Assembly: GCA_964557115.1 (NCBI GenBank) | Contig: CAZKYO010000003.1 | Span: 64,438-128,437 of the forward strand | Reading direction: 5' to 3' | DNA: 64,000 nt | From: an uncultured Gemmatimonadaceae bacterium | GTDB taxonomy: Bacteria; Gemmatimonadota; Gemmatimonadetes; Gemmatimonadales; GWC2-71-9 | In this document: piece after piece, positions 37,292 through 46,395 of the stretch | How positions within the stretch are numbered: position 1 is the first letter of the stretch | How the letters are laid out: every line of letters starts with the position of its first letter | Notes under the pieces: model-generated | The model's input: the letters and a program-made list of their open reading frames with translations, nothing else | Told to the model about the DNA's origin: nothing | Database searches by the model: none | Translations under genes and position numbers: made by a program

Positions 37292-38641
37292 CTATGGCCC
37301 GCACACGTCGCACCCCCCGCACCGCCGGACCTTCTCCCCGAACCATTCGAGCAGCGTCGCCCGCCGACATCGGCGGGCGCTCGCGTAGCGGACGATCGCC
37401 GCGAGCCGCCGCTCCGCCTCGCGCCGGCGACGTCGCACCGGCGTCCAGTCCACCGTGCCGCGATCGGGACGCAGCTCGGCCTCGAGGCGATCCGCCGCGG
37501 CGAGTACCGCCTCCGGCTGCCGGATGCGCAGCGACGCGTCGCGCCAGATCGCCTCGACCTGGCGCTCCGGCGGGAAGGTGGTGTCGATCTGCCGCCTCGG
37601 GTGGCGTTCGTCGGTCGGATGGTGAAACAGGATGCAGCGCGCCGGCGCACCATCGCGTCCCCCGCGGCCCGCCTCCTGGTAATACGACTCGGGCGTCGCC
37701 GGCGTCGCCCAGTGGGCAACCAGTCGCACGTCGGGCTTGTCGATCCCCATCCCGAACGCGCAGGTCGCCACCACCACGCGCACCCGATCGGCAATGAACG
37801 CGTCGAGCACGCCTCGCCGCTCGTCGGGCTGCATCCCGGCGTGGTAGGGCGCGGCCACCACGCCGCCCTCGACCAGCATCTTCGCGAGTCCTTCCACCAG
37901 CCCGCGCGTCGGCGCGTACACGACGGCCGGGCCGCGGGTGGTGCGCACCAGCACGAGCATCCGCGCCAGCCGATCCTCGGCGCCGTGCACCCGCTGCACC
38001 TCGAAGCGCAGGTTGGGTCGGTCGAACGAGCCGACCACTTCGACCGCACCGGGAGGAAACCCGAGCCCTTCGCGGATCGCCGCGCGGACCGCCGGCGTGG
38101 CGCTCGCCGTGAGCGCGACGCACGGCGGCCGGCCAAGCGCCACGCGCACCGCATGGAGCCGGCGGTAACTCGGCCGGAAATCGTGCCCCCATTCGACGAT
38201 GCAATGCGCCTCGTCCACCGCCAGCCGGTTGATCCGCACACCGAGCATCGCCAGTCGCTCGGCGACCCTCGGCAGGCGCTCGGGGGAGACGTAGAGCAAC
38301 CGCATCCGCCCGCGCGCCGCCTCGCCCAGGAGCGCCGCCTGCTCGGCGCGATCGACCTCGCCGCTGAGGGTCGCGGCCGGGATCCCGCGGCCCCGAAGCC
38401 GCGCCACCTGGTCCTGCATCAGCGCGATCAGCGGCGAGACGACGAGGGTCACTCCCTCGCCATGGAGGGCCGGCACCTGGAAGCAGAGCGACTTGCCGCC
38501 TCCGGTGGGCAGGACGGCGAGGACGTCCTTGCCGGCGAGGACCGGCTCGATCACCCGGCGCTGGAGCGGCCGGAACTCGGCGAGGCCGAAGGAGCGCTGG
38601 AGGAGACGGGTGGCGGCGGCGAGCATGGGGGAGCTTCGCAT
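37292..38641 (-). CDS. recQ: RecQ-family ATP-dependent DNA helicase (short form, no HRDC)
   Basis: Walker A LPTGGGKSLCF, DEAH box VDEAHCIVEWGHDFRPSY, C-terminal zinc cluster CRRATLLEWFGEKVRRCGGCDVC. Start set to ATG 38641 (or 38626); the track start at 38776 reads through repeat R2. Confidence 0.9.
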   Translation of the reverse strand: MRSSPMLAAATRLLQRSFGLAEFRPLQRRVIEPVLAGKDVLAVLPTGGGKSLCFQVPALHGEGVTLVVSPLIALMQDQVARLRGRGIPAATLSGEVDRAEQAALLGEAARGRMRLLYVSPERLPRVAERLAMLGVRINRLAVDEAHCIVEWGHDFRPSYRRLHAVRVALGRPPCVALTASATPAVRAAIREGLGFPPGAVEVVGSFDRPNLRFEVQRVHGAEDRLARMLVLVRTTRGPAVVYAPTRGLVEGLAKMLVEGGVVAAPYHAGMQPDERRGVLDAFIADRVRVVVATCAFGMGIDKPDVRLVAHWATPATPESYYQEAGRGGRDGAPARCILFHHPTDERHPRRQIDTTFPPERQVEAIWRDASLRIRQPEAVLAAADRLEAELRPDRGTVDWTPVRRRRREAERRLAAIVRYASARRCRRATLLEWFGEKVRRCGGCDVCGP

Positions 38642-38691
38642 CGCCGGGTGCGGGGCCGAGGGCGAAACCGATGCGATGGGGAGCGGATTCA

Positions 38692-38720
38692 CCCCGCCCT
38701 CCCGCGAAGCGGGAGCGGCG
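38692..38720. repeat. 29-nt GC-rich hairpin repeat, copy R2 (upstream of recQ)
   Basis: Identical 29-mer in the same orientation as R1. Here the stem extends to about 15 bp (accccgccctcccgc gaa gcgggagcggcggggt). Confidence 0.85.
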
Positions 38721-38838
38721 GGGTCTCCGAGGTCGACACGCTCCGACCGGTGCCCAGCAAGCGTCGGGGCGATCACAACCTCGGAGGCCCCGCCGCCCGC
38801 GCGCTGCGCGCGCAGGGGCGGGGACAGCAGTCGGCGGG

Positions 38839-39015
38839 CTACGGGCTCGCGGGCGGGGGATCTCCCCCTCGCCGCTCGATCACCCGCATTGCCAGCGCGA
38901 TCGCAAGCACGGCGATCGCCACCCAGTTGAGGAGGCGGTTGTCGAGCGACACCGCGAGCACCGCGAGGACGATCCCGGTCGCCGCGAAGGCGAGCTTCAG
39001 GCGGCGGATCCTCAC
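38839..39015 (-). CDS. small hypothetical two-TM membrane protein (58 aa), absent from the ORF track
   Basis: My translation from GTG 39015: VRIRRLKLAFAATGIVLAVLAVSLDNRLLNWVAIAVLAIALAMRVIERRGGDPPPASP, stop TAG 38839-38841. The start makes a GTGA overlap with the enoyl-CoA hydratase stop, as at many confirmed junctions here. Confidence 0.4.
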   Translation of the reverse strand: MRIRRLKLAFAATGIVLAVLAVSLDNRLLNWVAIAVLAIALAMRVIERRGGDPPPASP

Positions 39016-39770
39016 TTGTCGAGGAACTGGCCCACGGCCCGCTTGAAGTCCTCGGTCGCGCGGGACAGCGCGTTCACCCGGGCGCCGAGGAGGATCCCCT
39101 CCCCGAAGCTGCGGTCGTCGAGCTCGGTGAAGAGCTGCTTGGTGAGTGCGAACGCGGTGCCCGAGCGCCGCGCGAGGTCGAGCAGGAAGTCGGTCGAGTC
39201 GCGCTCGAGCAGCGCGTCGTCCATGACGCGACTCACCAGCCCGATGGCGTGTGCCTCCTCGGCTCCCACGACCCGGCCGGTCGCCACCAGCTCGAAGGCG
39301 CGCTTCTCGCCCACCGATCGGCGCAGCATCGTCATCACCATCGCCGGCACGAAGCCGCGCTGGATCTCGGGGTAGCCGAACTGGGCCGATCGCCCCGCCA
39401 GGACGATGTCGCAGGCCGAGGCGAGCCCGGCACCGCCGGCCAGCGCCCGCCCGTGCACGACCGCGACCACCGGCTTGGGCAGCCGGCGCATCGCCAGGAA
39501 GACCTCACCCAAGTGCAGGGCGCTGCGCTCGTTCTCGTCGAGCGGCCGGGCGACCGACGCCAGCAGCTCGGCCAGGTCGGCGCCGGCGCAGAAGTCCTTC
39601 CCCGCCCCGCGGATCGCCACCACCCGCACCTCGCTCTCCAGCTCGGCGCGCGCCATCGCCTCGGCGAGCCCGCCGATCATCGCGTCGGAGAGGGCGTTGC
39701 GCTTGTCGGCTCGATCGAGGGTGACGGTGAGCAGTCCCTCCTCGAGCGTCGTCACGAGACTCCCGCTCAT
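39012..39770 (-). CDS. enoyl-CoA hydratase/isomerase (crotonase) family protein
   Basis: 252 aa. Crotonase oxyanion-hole region (GAGKDFCAGADL ... VHGRALAGGAGLA). Confidence 0.9.
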   Translation of the reverse strand: MSGSLVTTLEEGLLTVTLDRADKRNALSDAMIGGLAEAMARAELESEVRVVAIRGAGKDFCAGADLAELLASVARPLDENERSALHLGEVFLAMRRLPKPVVAVVHGRALAGGAGLASACDIVLAGRSAQFGYPEIQRGFVPAMVMTMLRRSVGEKRAFELVATGRVVGAEEAHAIGLVSRVMDDALLERDSTDFLLDLARRSGTAFALTKQLFTELDDRSFGEGILLGARVNALSRATEDFKRAVGQFLDK

Positions 39771-40123
39771 CGGGTCGCCTCCTTCACCCGCCTGGCCAGC
39801 TTGCGCGGCACCTCGATCTCCATCCGGAGCAGCGCGGTCGAGAAGACCTTCCCCTGCGCGTCGGTCTTGAGGGACATCGTGCCGCCCCCGTCGAGCGCGC
39901 CGTGGAGCATGAAGTTCAGCGCGTGCAGGTTGGGCAGTTCGTAGCGGTCGACCGAACTGACCATGCCGCGGAAATGCCGCGCGACCCGCTTCGCGGTCAC
40001 CTCGCGGCGGAGCAGCTCGTAGTGCTCGGGGTCGAGCGCGATCAGGCCGACGTTGGCGGCGTCGCCCTTGTCGCCGCTGCGGGCGTGGGCGAGCCAGCGG
40101 AGCTGGATCGGGGTGGTCGCCAT
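39767..40123 (-). CDS. small AtuA-associated protein (corresponds to the C-terminal domain of long AtuA; DUF4387-like)
   Basis: 118 aa. AHARSGDKGD.ANVGLIA motif. 1-nt TGATG overlap with the DUF1446 gene and ATGA overlap with the next gene. Assignment rests on context and remembered family features. Confidence 0.55.
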   Translation of the reverse strand: MATTPIQLRWLAHARSGDKGDAANVGLIALDPEHYELLRREVTAKRVARHFRGMVSSVDRYELPNLHALNFMLHGALDGGGTMSLKTDAQGKVFSTALLRMEIEVPRKLARRVKEATR

Positions 40124-41493
40124 CAGAGCATCTCCACGGTCACGTGCGGTTCGATCAGCTCGCGCGCCACCAGCGCGGGCCAGTACGCCACGATCTCCTC
40201 CACCTGCGGTCGCCCGCCGGCGAAGCCGGTCACGCTCGGCGGCCCGGTGAGCACCAGCGGCGCGATCTCGCGGGTGAACCGCTCCACCGCCGCGCGATCG
40301 CGGCTCCGGACACCCACCCGCAGCATCACCTCGGCGATCTCGGGATCCGGCTCGCCGGCCAGCCGGCCGTGGGTCGCATCGACACCCACGAACTCGGTCA
40401 GCACCTGGTCATACTCCAGGCCGAGGGCCTTGAGCCGCTTGCGGAGGATCCGGTCGGCGGCCTTCGCCTTGTCGAGCGCCTCCGGCCAGGCATACACGAG
40501 CGTGCCCACCGCCTTCCATCCCCACGCATAGGCGATCGAGACCTTGAGCATCGGCGTGCGCGGGCGGCCGCCGATTCCCGAGACCCGCACCTTGTCGCGG
40601 CCGGTCTGGTCGAGCCGGATGGTCGTGAAATCCGCGATCCCGTCCGGGGTGATGTACTCCTTGGGGTCGCCCATCTCGTACACGAGCTGCTCGGTGACCG
40701 ACGCGACACTGACCACGCCGCCGGTGCCGGGGTGCTTGGTGACGGTGAAGCTGCCGTCGGCCTCGGCGACGACGATCGGGAAGCCGACATCCTCGAGCTT
40801 GCGGACCTTGCGCCAGTCGCGCAGCAGGTTGCCGCCGGAGCTCTGGGCGCCGCACTCCAGGATGTGGCCCGCCACCGTCCCCGCCGCGATCCGGTACCAG
40901 TCGTCGTCCGACCAGCCGAACTCGTGCATCAGCGGCCCGAGGGTGAGCCCGGTGTCGGTCACTCGGCCGGTGATGACGATGTTGGCGCCCCGATCGAGCG
41001 CCTCGACCACCGGCTTCATGCCGAGGTAGGCGTTGGCGGAGCGCACCTCGGTCCGGATGTCGGTGAGCGGCCGCCCCGTGTCCATGTTGGCGAGCGCCTG
41101 GCCCGCGTCGAGCAGCTCGTCGAGCCGCGGCAGCAGGTCGTCGCCGTGCACCAGCGCGATACGGATCCGGTCGCCGAATCCTGCCTTGTCGGCGGCGGCG
41201 CGCACCGCCTCCGCGCAGGCGCGCGGATTGACGCCGCCGGCGTTGGAGACGACGCGCACACCGCCGGCGATCTCGGGCAGGATCCGCTCGACCTGGGTGA
41301 CGAAGTCGCGGGCGTAGCCGAGCGAGGGATCGCGCGATCGCTGCTTCTGCAGGATCGACATCGTCACCTCGGCGAGGTAGTCCATCACGAGGTAGTCGAT
41401 CGGGCCGCCCTTGGCCTGGCGGATCGGCGCCTCGAGCCAGTCGCCCCAGAACCCCTGGCCACTGGCGATGCGAACGGTCTTCTTCTGCTTCAC
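40123..41493 (-). CDS. acyclic terpene utilisation AtuA-family protein (DUF1446)
   Basis: 456 aa from GTG 41493, with a GTGA overlap with the S8 stop. N-terminus [13 protein letters not shown]...[17 protein letters not shown] is typical of DUF1446. The track ORF to 41733 is over-extended. Confidence 0.8.
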   Translation of the reverse strand: MKQKKTVRIASGQGFWGDWLEAPIRQAKGGPIDYLVMDYLAEVTMSILQKQRSRDPSLGYARDFVTQVERILPEIAGGVRVVSNAGGVNPRACAEAVRAAADKAGFGDRIRIALVHGDDLLPRLDELLDAGQALANMDTGRPLTDIRTEVRSANAYLGMKPVVEALDRGANIVITGRVTDTGLTLGPLMHEFGWSDDDWYRIAAGTVAGHILECGAQSSGGNLLRDWRKVRKLEDVGFPIVVAEADGSFTVTKHPGTGGVVSVASVTEQLVYEMGDPKEYITPDGIADFTTIRLDQTGRDKVRVSGIGGRPRTPMLKVSIAYAWGWKAVGTLVYAWPEALDKAKAADRILRKRLKALGLEYDQVLTEFVGVDATHGRLAGEPDPEIAEVMLRVGVRSRDRAAVERFTREIAPLVLTGPPSVTGFAGGRPQVEEIVAYWPALVARELIEPHVTVEML

Positions 41494-44321
41494 GGCGTTC
41501 CCCTGGACGGCTCGATGAGCGGCAGCTCGCGGGTCCACACCGCGGCGTCGCCCTCGAGGGCTATCAGCGTGACGAGCGGACGCCAGCCGGTCGGGACCTC
41601 GACCGGCAGCGCCTCGAACGGAAAGCGCACCTGTCGGCTGACGCCGGGTGCGTTGGTCGTGCGCGGCGTGCCGCCATGGTCGATCGCGATCGGTTGCGCC
41701 GCCTGGAAGCGGGCCGCGGCGATCACCTCCCACGGCGTGGCCGGCGTGCTCACCGCGGCGGCCGGCGAGAGCACCAGGAGCAGCGTGTCGCCGCGAACAT
41801 CCTCGGGCAGGTCGACCCGCATCCGGCCGAAGGCGTAGTTGAGCGGCGACTCGGCGACCATCCGTCCGTCGAGGCGCCGCAGCGAGACGCCGAAGTCAGT
41901 GAAGCGCGACCAGCTCGCCTCCGGCATCGTGACGTCGAGCACGAGCGAGGCGGCCCAGGTCGGGACCGGGAGCCGTTCCACATGCACCGCCGACGAATCG
42001 CCGGTGAGGTGCCGCTGCCACTCCGCACCGGTGAGCGCGGCGCGCAGGCGGAACTCCAGTGGCCGGGCGGTCAGGTTCGCCGCGTCAACCACCAGCGCGC
42101 TCGGTTCCAGTCGGGCCGAGAGCCGCACCGGACTGCGGTGGATCGTCACCCGGGCCGCGACGCCGGAACTGGGCGGCGCGAGGACGTCCACCTCGTACCA
42201 GCCGGCCTGTGCGTCTTCGGCGTCGACCTCGAGCAGCCCCGCCCCGTCGCCGTGGCCGGCCGGGGTCATCGGCACGTCGCGGAACGGCTGGCCGCCGGGC
42301 TCGTGCAGCGCGACGAGCGCCAGTCCGTCGGCGGCCAGGGTACCGACCTCGACGCGGAAGCCGCGTCCCTCCTCGCCGCGGAAGAAGAAGCGACTCACGC
42401 CACCGGAGTGCACCTGGGCCACACCGGAGGCGCCGTCGCCGTCGGCCAGGGGCACCCGGATCGTGACCGGGATCCGTGTGAGCACGCCGAGGGCCTCGTT
42501 GTCGGCATCCTCGAGCGACACGGCACCGATGTAGACGCCCGGGGCCGCGACGAGCTTCTGGTCGATCTGCAGGTAGAGTGCGACGCCATCGGGCGAGAGG
42601 TTGCGGAGCGTCGGCCCCTCCACCGACAACCACGGCACGTTGGTGCGCACCCGCAGCCGCGCGATCGGCGCGCCGCCGACCCGCTGCACCCGGAGCTTGG
42701 CTCCGGTCGGCGCCGGGCCGACCGAGAACCAGATCGCGTTGTGGGTCGGCTGGCCGTCCACCACCACGCCGAGGCGCGGGACGTCGGACTGGTTCTGGAG
42801 CCAGCGTGCCGCCGCGATCACATCCGGCACGCCGGCGCCCTGGTCGAGCACCGTCGCCTCGCTGACGGCGCGTGCCGTGGCGGTGAGCGCCTGGTTGACC
42901 ATGGCGCGCGGCGGCGGCGCGCCGTTCCGGGGCAGCGAGAGCAGCCGCGCGGCCAGCCCGGCGACGTGCGGCGACGCCATCGAGGTGCCGCTCTTCTCCT
43001 CGTTGCCGGTGTCGAAGCGCGGCACGCTGGACCACGCCGTCCCCGGGGCGATCACCTCCGGGCCGGCGCGCTCGCCGCCGCGGCTCGAGAAGAGCGCCAC
43101 CGGATCGGGCGTCGGGTCGTTGGGCGAGTAGCCATTGAACACCAGCGGCTGGGTGGCACCCACCGACAGCACCCGCGTGGCACTCGCCGGAAAGCCCAGG
43201 GTGCTGAGTCCGGGGCCGTCGTTGGAGGCCGAGACGGTCATCACCACGTCGGGATGCTCGGCCAGGATCGAGTCGACCACGGCATCGATCCGCGCGGTGC
43301 CCTCGAGCTGGTTGCCGACGCCGAAGGAGAGGTTGATCACCAACGGCATCCGCCGCGACTCGGCGAAGGCGATCGCGTACGCCATCGCCCGTTCCATCGA
43401 GCCGGTGGTCGTCACGCCACCGTCGGCATTGTCGGCGATCTTGAGGCCGAGGACCCGGGCCCCGGGTGCCACGCCGTCGAAGCCCTTCACCCCGAAAAGG
43501 TCGTGACCGGCGGCGATCCCGGCCACGTGGGTGCCGTGGCCGCCGTTGTCGAAGACGAGGTCGAGCCGGGGCACGCCGGCCGAGTCGTCGATGTTGGCCG
43601 CGACGCCGATCGTCGGCGAGCCCGCGGCCGACCAGCCGAACGACTCGCGGGCCACATGATAGTCCCGCACCGGACGGTCATCGGCGAGCGAGCCGTCGCG
43701 GTTGCGGTCGGTGAAGACGAGCCAGTCGGGCGCGCCGCGCGCGACGATCACGAGGAGCGTGTCACCGAGCCGGCCGTTGGCGTCGAGGTCTGCGCCGGGC
43801 GCCTCGCCGTAGCGCACCTCCGGCACCAGTCCGCCGAAGACCGGCCCCGCCGCCATCGCGAGGATCCGGCCCGCGCCCGCCAGGTGCCGATCGCCGACCC
43901 ATACGGTGTCGCGATCGATCCGCGCCGGGCGGAGCGCGATGGCGCCCTCGCCGCTGAAGTCCCGGAGATCGAGCAACTTCGGAGCGCCGTCGCTGGTGGT
44001 GCCGAGCCCCTCGGCCGTCGGGTCGATGCCGCTGTCGAGGATCGCGATCAGCACCCCGCGGCCGTCGGCCTCGGGCTGCAGCTGCGCGAACTCGTCGACG
44101 TGGGTGGCGTGCAGCGGCATCAGCCCAGACCGATAGGCGGCGATCGCCGCCTCGTGGCGGTCGGGCACTTGTCCGGGCGAGAGGCCCGCGCTGCCGCCGA
44201 GGGTAACCACCGGCGCCGCCGCGACGCCTGGCGTGCGCGAGGTCGGCCGCGGCACCGCTTCCGGGGCGGGTGGCGCGCCGCACGCGGCCGCCAGCAGGAG
44301 GAGCGGCAGCGCCCTGCGCAT
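41490..44321 (-). CDS. secreted/lipoprotein S8 subtilase, tripeptidyl-peptidase-II-like
   Basis: 943 aa from ATG 44321. Lipobox-type signal [15 protein letters not shown]. Catalytic D (AILDSGID), H (GGHGTHVAG) about 160 aa later (a TPPII-like insertion), and S ([11 protein letters not shown]). About 500-aa C-terminal extension. The track's 1376-aa ORF is an out-of-frame read-through artefact. Confidence 0.85.
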   Translation of the reverse strand: MRRALPLLLLAAACGAPPAPEAVPRPTSRTPGVAAAPVVTLGGSAGLSPGQVPDRHEAAIAAYRSGLMPLHATHVDEFAQLQPEADGRGVLIAILDSGIDPTAEGLGTTSDGAPKLLDLRDFSGEGAIALRPARIDRDTVWVGDRHLAGAGRILAMAAGPVFGGLVPEVRYGEAPGADLDANGRLGDTLLVIVARGAPDWLVFTDRNRDGSLADDRPVRDYHVARESFGWSAAGSPTIGVAANIDDSAGVPRLDLVFDNGGHGTHVAGIAAGHDLFGVKGFDGVAPGARVLGLKIADNADGGVTTTGSMERAMAYAIAFAESRRMPLVINLSFGVGNQLEGTARIDAVVDSILAEHPDVVMTVSASNDGPGLSTLGFPASATRVLSVGATQPLVFNGYSPNDPTPDPVALFSSRGGERAGPEVIAPGTAWSSVPRFDTGNEEKSGTSMASPHVAGLAARLLSLPRNGAPPPRAMVNQALTATARAVSEATVLDQGAGVPDVIAAARWLQNQSDVPRLGVVVDGQPTHNAIWFSVGPAPTGAKLRVQRVGGAPIARLRVRTNVPWLSVEGPTLRNLSPDGVALYLQIDQKLVAAPGVYIGAVSLEDADNEALGVLTRIPVTIRVPLADGDGASGVAQVHSGGVSRFFFRGEEGRGFRVEVGTLAADGLALVALHEPGGQPFRDVPMTPAGHGDGAGLLEVDAEDAQAGWYEVDVLAPPSSGVAARVTIHRSPVRLSARLEPSALVVDAANLTARPLEFRLRAALTGAEWQRHLTGDSSAVHVERLPVPTWAASLVLDVTMPEASWSRFTDFGVSLRRLDGRMVAESPLNYAFGRMRVDLPEDVRGDTLLLVLSPAAAVSTPATPWEVIAAARFQAAQPIAIDHGGTPRTTNAPGVSRQVRFPFEALPVEVPTGWRPLVTLIALEGDAAVWTRELPLIEPSRGTP

Positions 44322-45937
44322 CACCTGATTCGGTCGAGGACGAACGGGCCGAGGTGGGGGCCGTCGTGGTGCGACGTGACCCGGAGCAGGAAGGCGAGCA
44401 CGTCTCGCGTCTCCTCGGGCGCGATGATCGCGTCCACGAAGCCGCGCGCGCCGGCGAACTCCGCGCTCAGCTGGTGCTCGTAATCCGCCCGCATCGCCTC
44501 CACCGCCGCCGACAGCTCGGGATCGAGCGGCCGCCGCTCGGCCTGCGCCTTCTGGATCGCCGGGCCGTGCACGGCCATGACGGCGCTCTCTCCTTCCATC
44601 ACCGCCATCCGGCCGGTGGGCCAGGAGACGATGAAGTCGGGATCGAATCCCTGCCCCGCCATGGCGTAGTAGCCGGCGCCCGAGGCGTGATTCACGGTGA
44701 GCACCAGCTTCGGCACCGTGGCCGTCGCCATCGCCTCGACGAAGTGCGCGCCGGCCCGGATGATCCCCTCGTGCTCGGCCTCGGGACCGACCATGAACCC
44801 CGACACGTCCTGCACGAAGAGGATCGGCAGCCGCTCGCGATTGGCGGTCTCGATGAAGTAGGCCACCTTCTCCGCGCTCTCGGCGTAGACGATGCCGCCG
44901 AAGCGGGGGCGCTCGCCCGGGTGTCCCTTGATGATGCCACGCTGGTTGGCGATCAGCGCGACCGGCATCCCGTCGATCCGGGCGTGGCCGCAGAGCATCT
45001 CGCGGGCGCGGTCGGGCTGGAACTCGTCGAGCTTGCCCCCGTCGATGAACGTCTCCAGCACGTGCCGCATGTCGTACGAGAGGCGATGGTCGTGCGGAAG
45101 CAGGTCGTAGAGCTCGGCGGGACCGCGGGTCGGCGCCGTCCCCCGGACCCCGCCCTCCGCCTGTCGCGGCAGCCGTCCCACATACTCGCGGATCCGCTCG
45201 AGGCATTCGGCGTCGGTCTTCGCGGTGTAGTGCGCGACGCCGCTCGTCTCGGTGTGGGTCCTGGCCCCACCGAGCGTCTCGCTGTCGACGGTCTGGCCGG
45301 TGGCACCCTTGACGAGGTTGGGGCCACCGAGGCCCATGAACGACGTCCCCTCGACCATGAAGATCACGTCGGAGAGCGCGGGGAGGTACGCGCCACCGGC
45401 GATGCAGCTCCCCATCACCGCGGCGACCTGCGGCACCTGCAGGTAGCGGCGCATGAGCGAGTTGTAGTAGAAGATCCGCGCGGCGCCGTACTGTCCCGGG
45501 AACACCCCGCCCTGGTAGGGGAGGTTCACGCCGGCGGAGTCGACCAGGTAGACGATCGGGATGCGCTGCCGCATCGCGACCTCCTGGGCGCGGAGGATCT
45601 TGGTGATCGTCTCGGGCCACCAGGCGCCCGCCTTCACCGTCGCGTCGTTGGCGACGATCACCGCGTCATGGCCGCTCACCACGCCGACGCCGGTGAGGAC
45701 GCCGGCCGCCGGCGCCTCGCCGTCGTACCGGTCGTGCGCCACGAGCAGGCCGATCTCGAACCACGGCGTGCCGGGGTCGCGCAGCCGCTCCACGCGCTCG
45801 CGAGGCGACAGCTGCCCCTTGCCGTGCATCTTGGCGACCCGCTTGGCGCCGCCGCCCTGGCGGAGCCGATCGGTCAGCTCGCGCCAGGCGTCGGTGAGTT
45901 CGCGCAGCCGGCCGGCGTCCTTCTTCGCTGGAGGCAT
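44321..45937 (-). CDS. acyl-CoA carboxylase carboxyltransferase (beta) subunit (PccB/MccB/AtuC family)
   Basis: 538 aa, two crotonase-like CT halves (VVANDATVKAGAWWPETI, SCIAGGAYLPALSD, GIIRAGAHFVEAM). Substrate not assignable by eye. Confidence 0.9.
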   Translation of the reverse strand: MPPAKKDAGRLRELTDAWRELTDRLRQGGGAKRVAKMHGKGQLSPRERVERLRDPGTPWFEIGLLVAHDRYDGEAPAAGVLTGVGVVSGHDAVIVANDATVKAGAWWPETITKILRAQEVAMRQRIPIVYLVDSAGVNLPYQGGVFPGQYGAARIFYYNSLMRRYLQVPQVAAVMGSCIAGGAYLPALSDVIFMVEGTSFMGLGGPNLVKGATGQTVDSETLGGARTHTETSGVAHYTAKTDAECLERIREYVGRLPRQAEGGVRGTAPTRGPAELYDLLPHDHRLSYDMRHVLETFIDGGKLDEFQPDRAREMLCGHARIDGMPVALIANQRGIIKGHPGERPRFGGIVYAESAEKVAYFIETANRERLPILFVQDVSGFMVGPEAEHEGIIRAGAHFVEAMATATVPKLVLTVNHASGAGYYAMAGQGFDPDFIVSWPTGRMAVMEGESAVMAVHGPAIQKAQAERRPLDPELSAAVEAMRADYEHQLSAEFAGARGFVDAIIAPEETRDVLAFLLRVTSHHDGPHLGPFVLDRIR

Positions 45938-45944
45938 CGGCCGG

Positions 45945-46379
45945 TCAGGGACGCAGGTGGCTGCGGGCCCACTCGTTGATGTACTCGACCAGCTCCCCGG
46001 TCGGGGTGCCCGGGCCGAAGAGCCGGCCGATCCCGCCGGAGGTCAGCGTCCCCATGTCGTCCTCGGGGATGATGCCGCCGCCGGTGACCAGGATGTCGGG
46101 GCGCCCCTGCTCCACCAGCAGTGCGCGGACCCGCGGGAAGAGGGTCATGTGGGCGCCCGACAGGATCGAGAGCCCCACCACGTCGACGTCCTCCTGGATC
46201 GCGGCGGACGCGATCATCTCGGGCGTCTGGTGGAGGCCGGTGTAGATCACCTCCATCCCGGCGTCGCGCAGCGCGGCGGCCACGACCTTGGCCCCGCGGT
46301 CGTGTCCGTCGAGTCCGGGCTTGGCCACCAGCACGCGCACGGGGCGCGGCAGCGGCGGGGCATCGGCGGCAGCCATCAT
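45945..46379 (-). CDS. B12-binding small subunit/domain of a split methylmalonyl-CoA-mutase-family enzyme
   Basis: 144 aa. DxHxxG cobalamin motif in [10 protein letters not shown], and SILSGAH. Confidence 0.9.
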   Translation of the reverse strand: MMAAADAPPLPRPVRVLVAKPGLDGHDRGAKVVAAALRDAGMEVIYTGLHQTPEMIASAAIQEDVDVVGLSILSGAHMTLFPRVRALLVEQGRPDILVTGGGIIPEDDMGTLTSGGIGRLFGPGTPTGELVEYINEWARSHLRP

Positions 46380-46395
46380 CGGGCGTCTCCTCCGG

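Noticed and set aside
41490-45620. The 1376-aa ORF-track entry read as a single giant protein.
   Set aside because: Its first 433 aa are Arg/Gly-rich read-through in an alternative frame of the carboxyltransferase gene. The real protein starts at ATG 44321 with a lipobox signal peptide. The same 5' over-extension affects 8030..9973, 7284..8546, 18560..19699, 11778..12635, 12251..13291, 57156..58544, 58172..59809, 59885..61063 and others.
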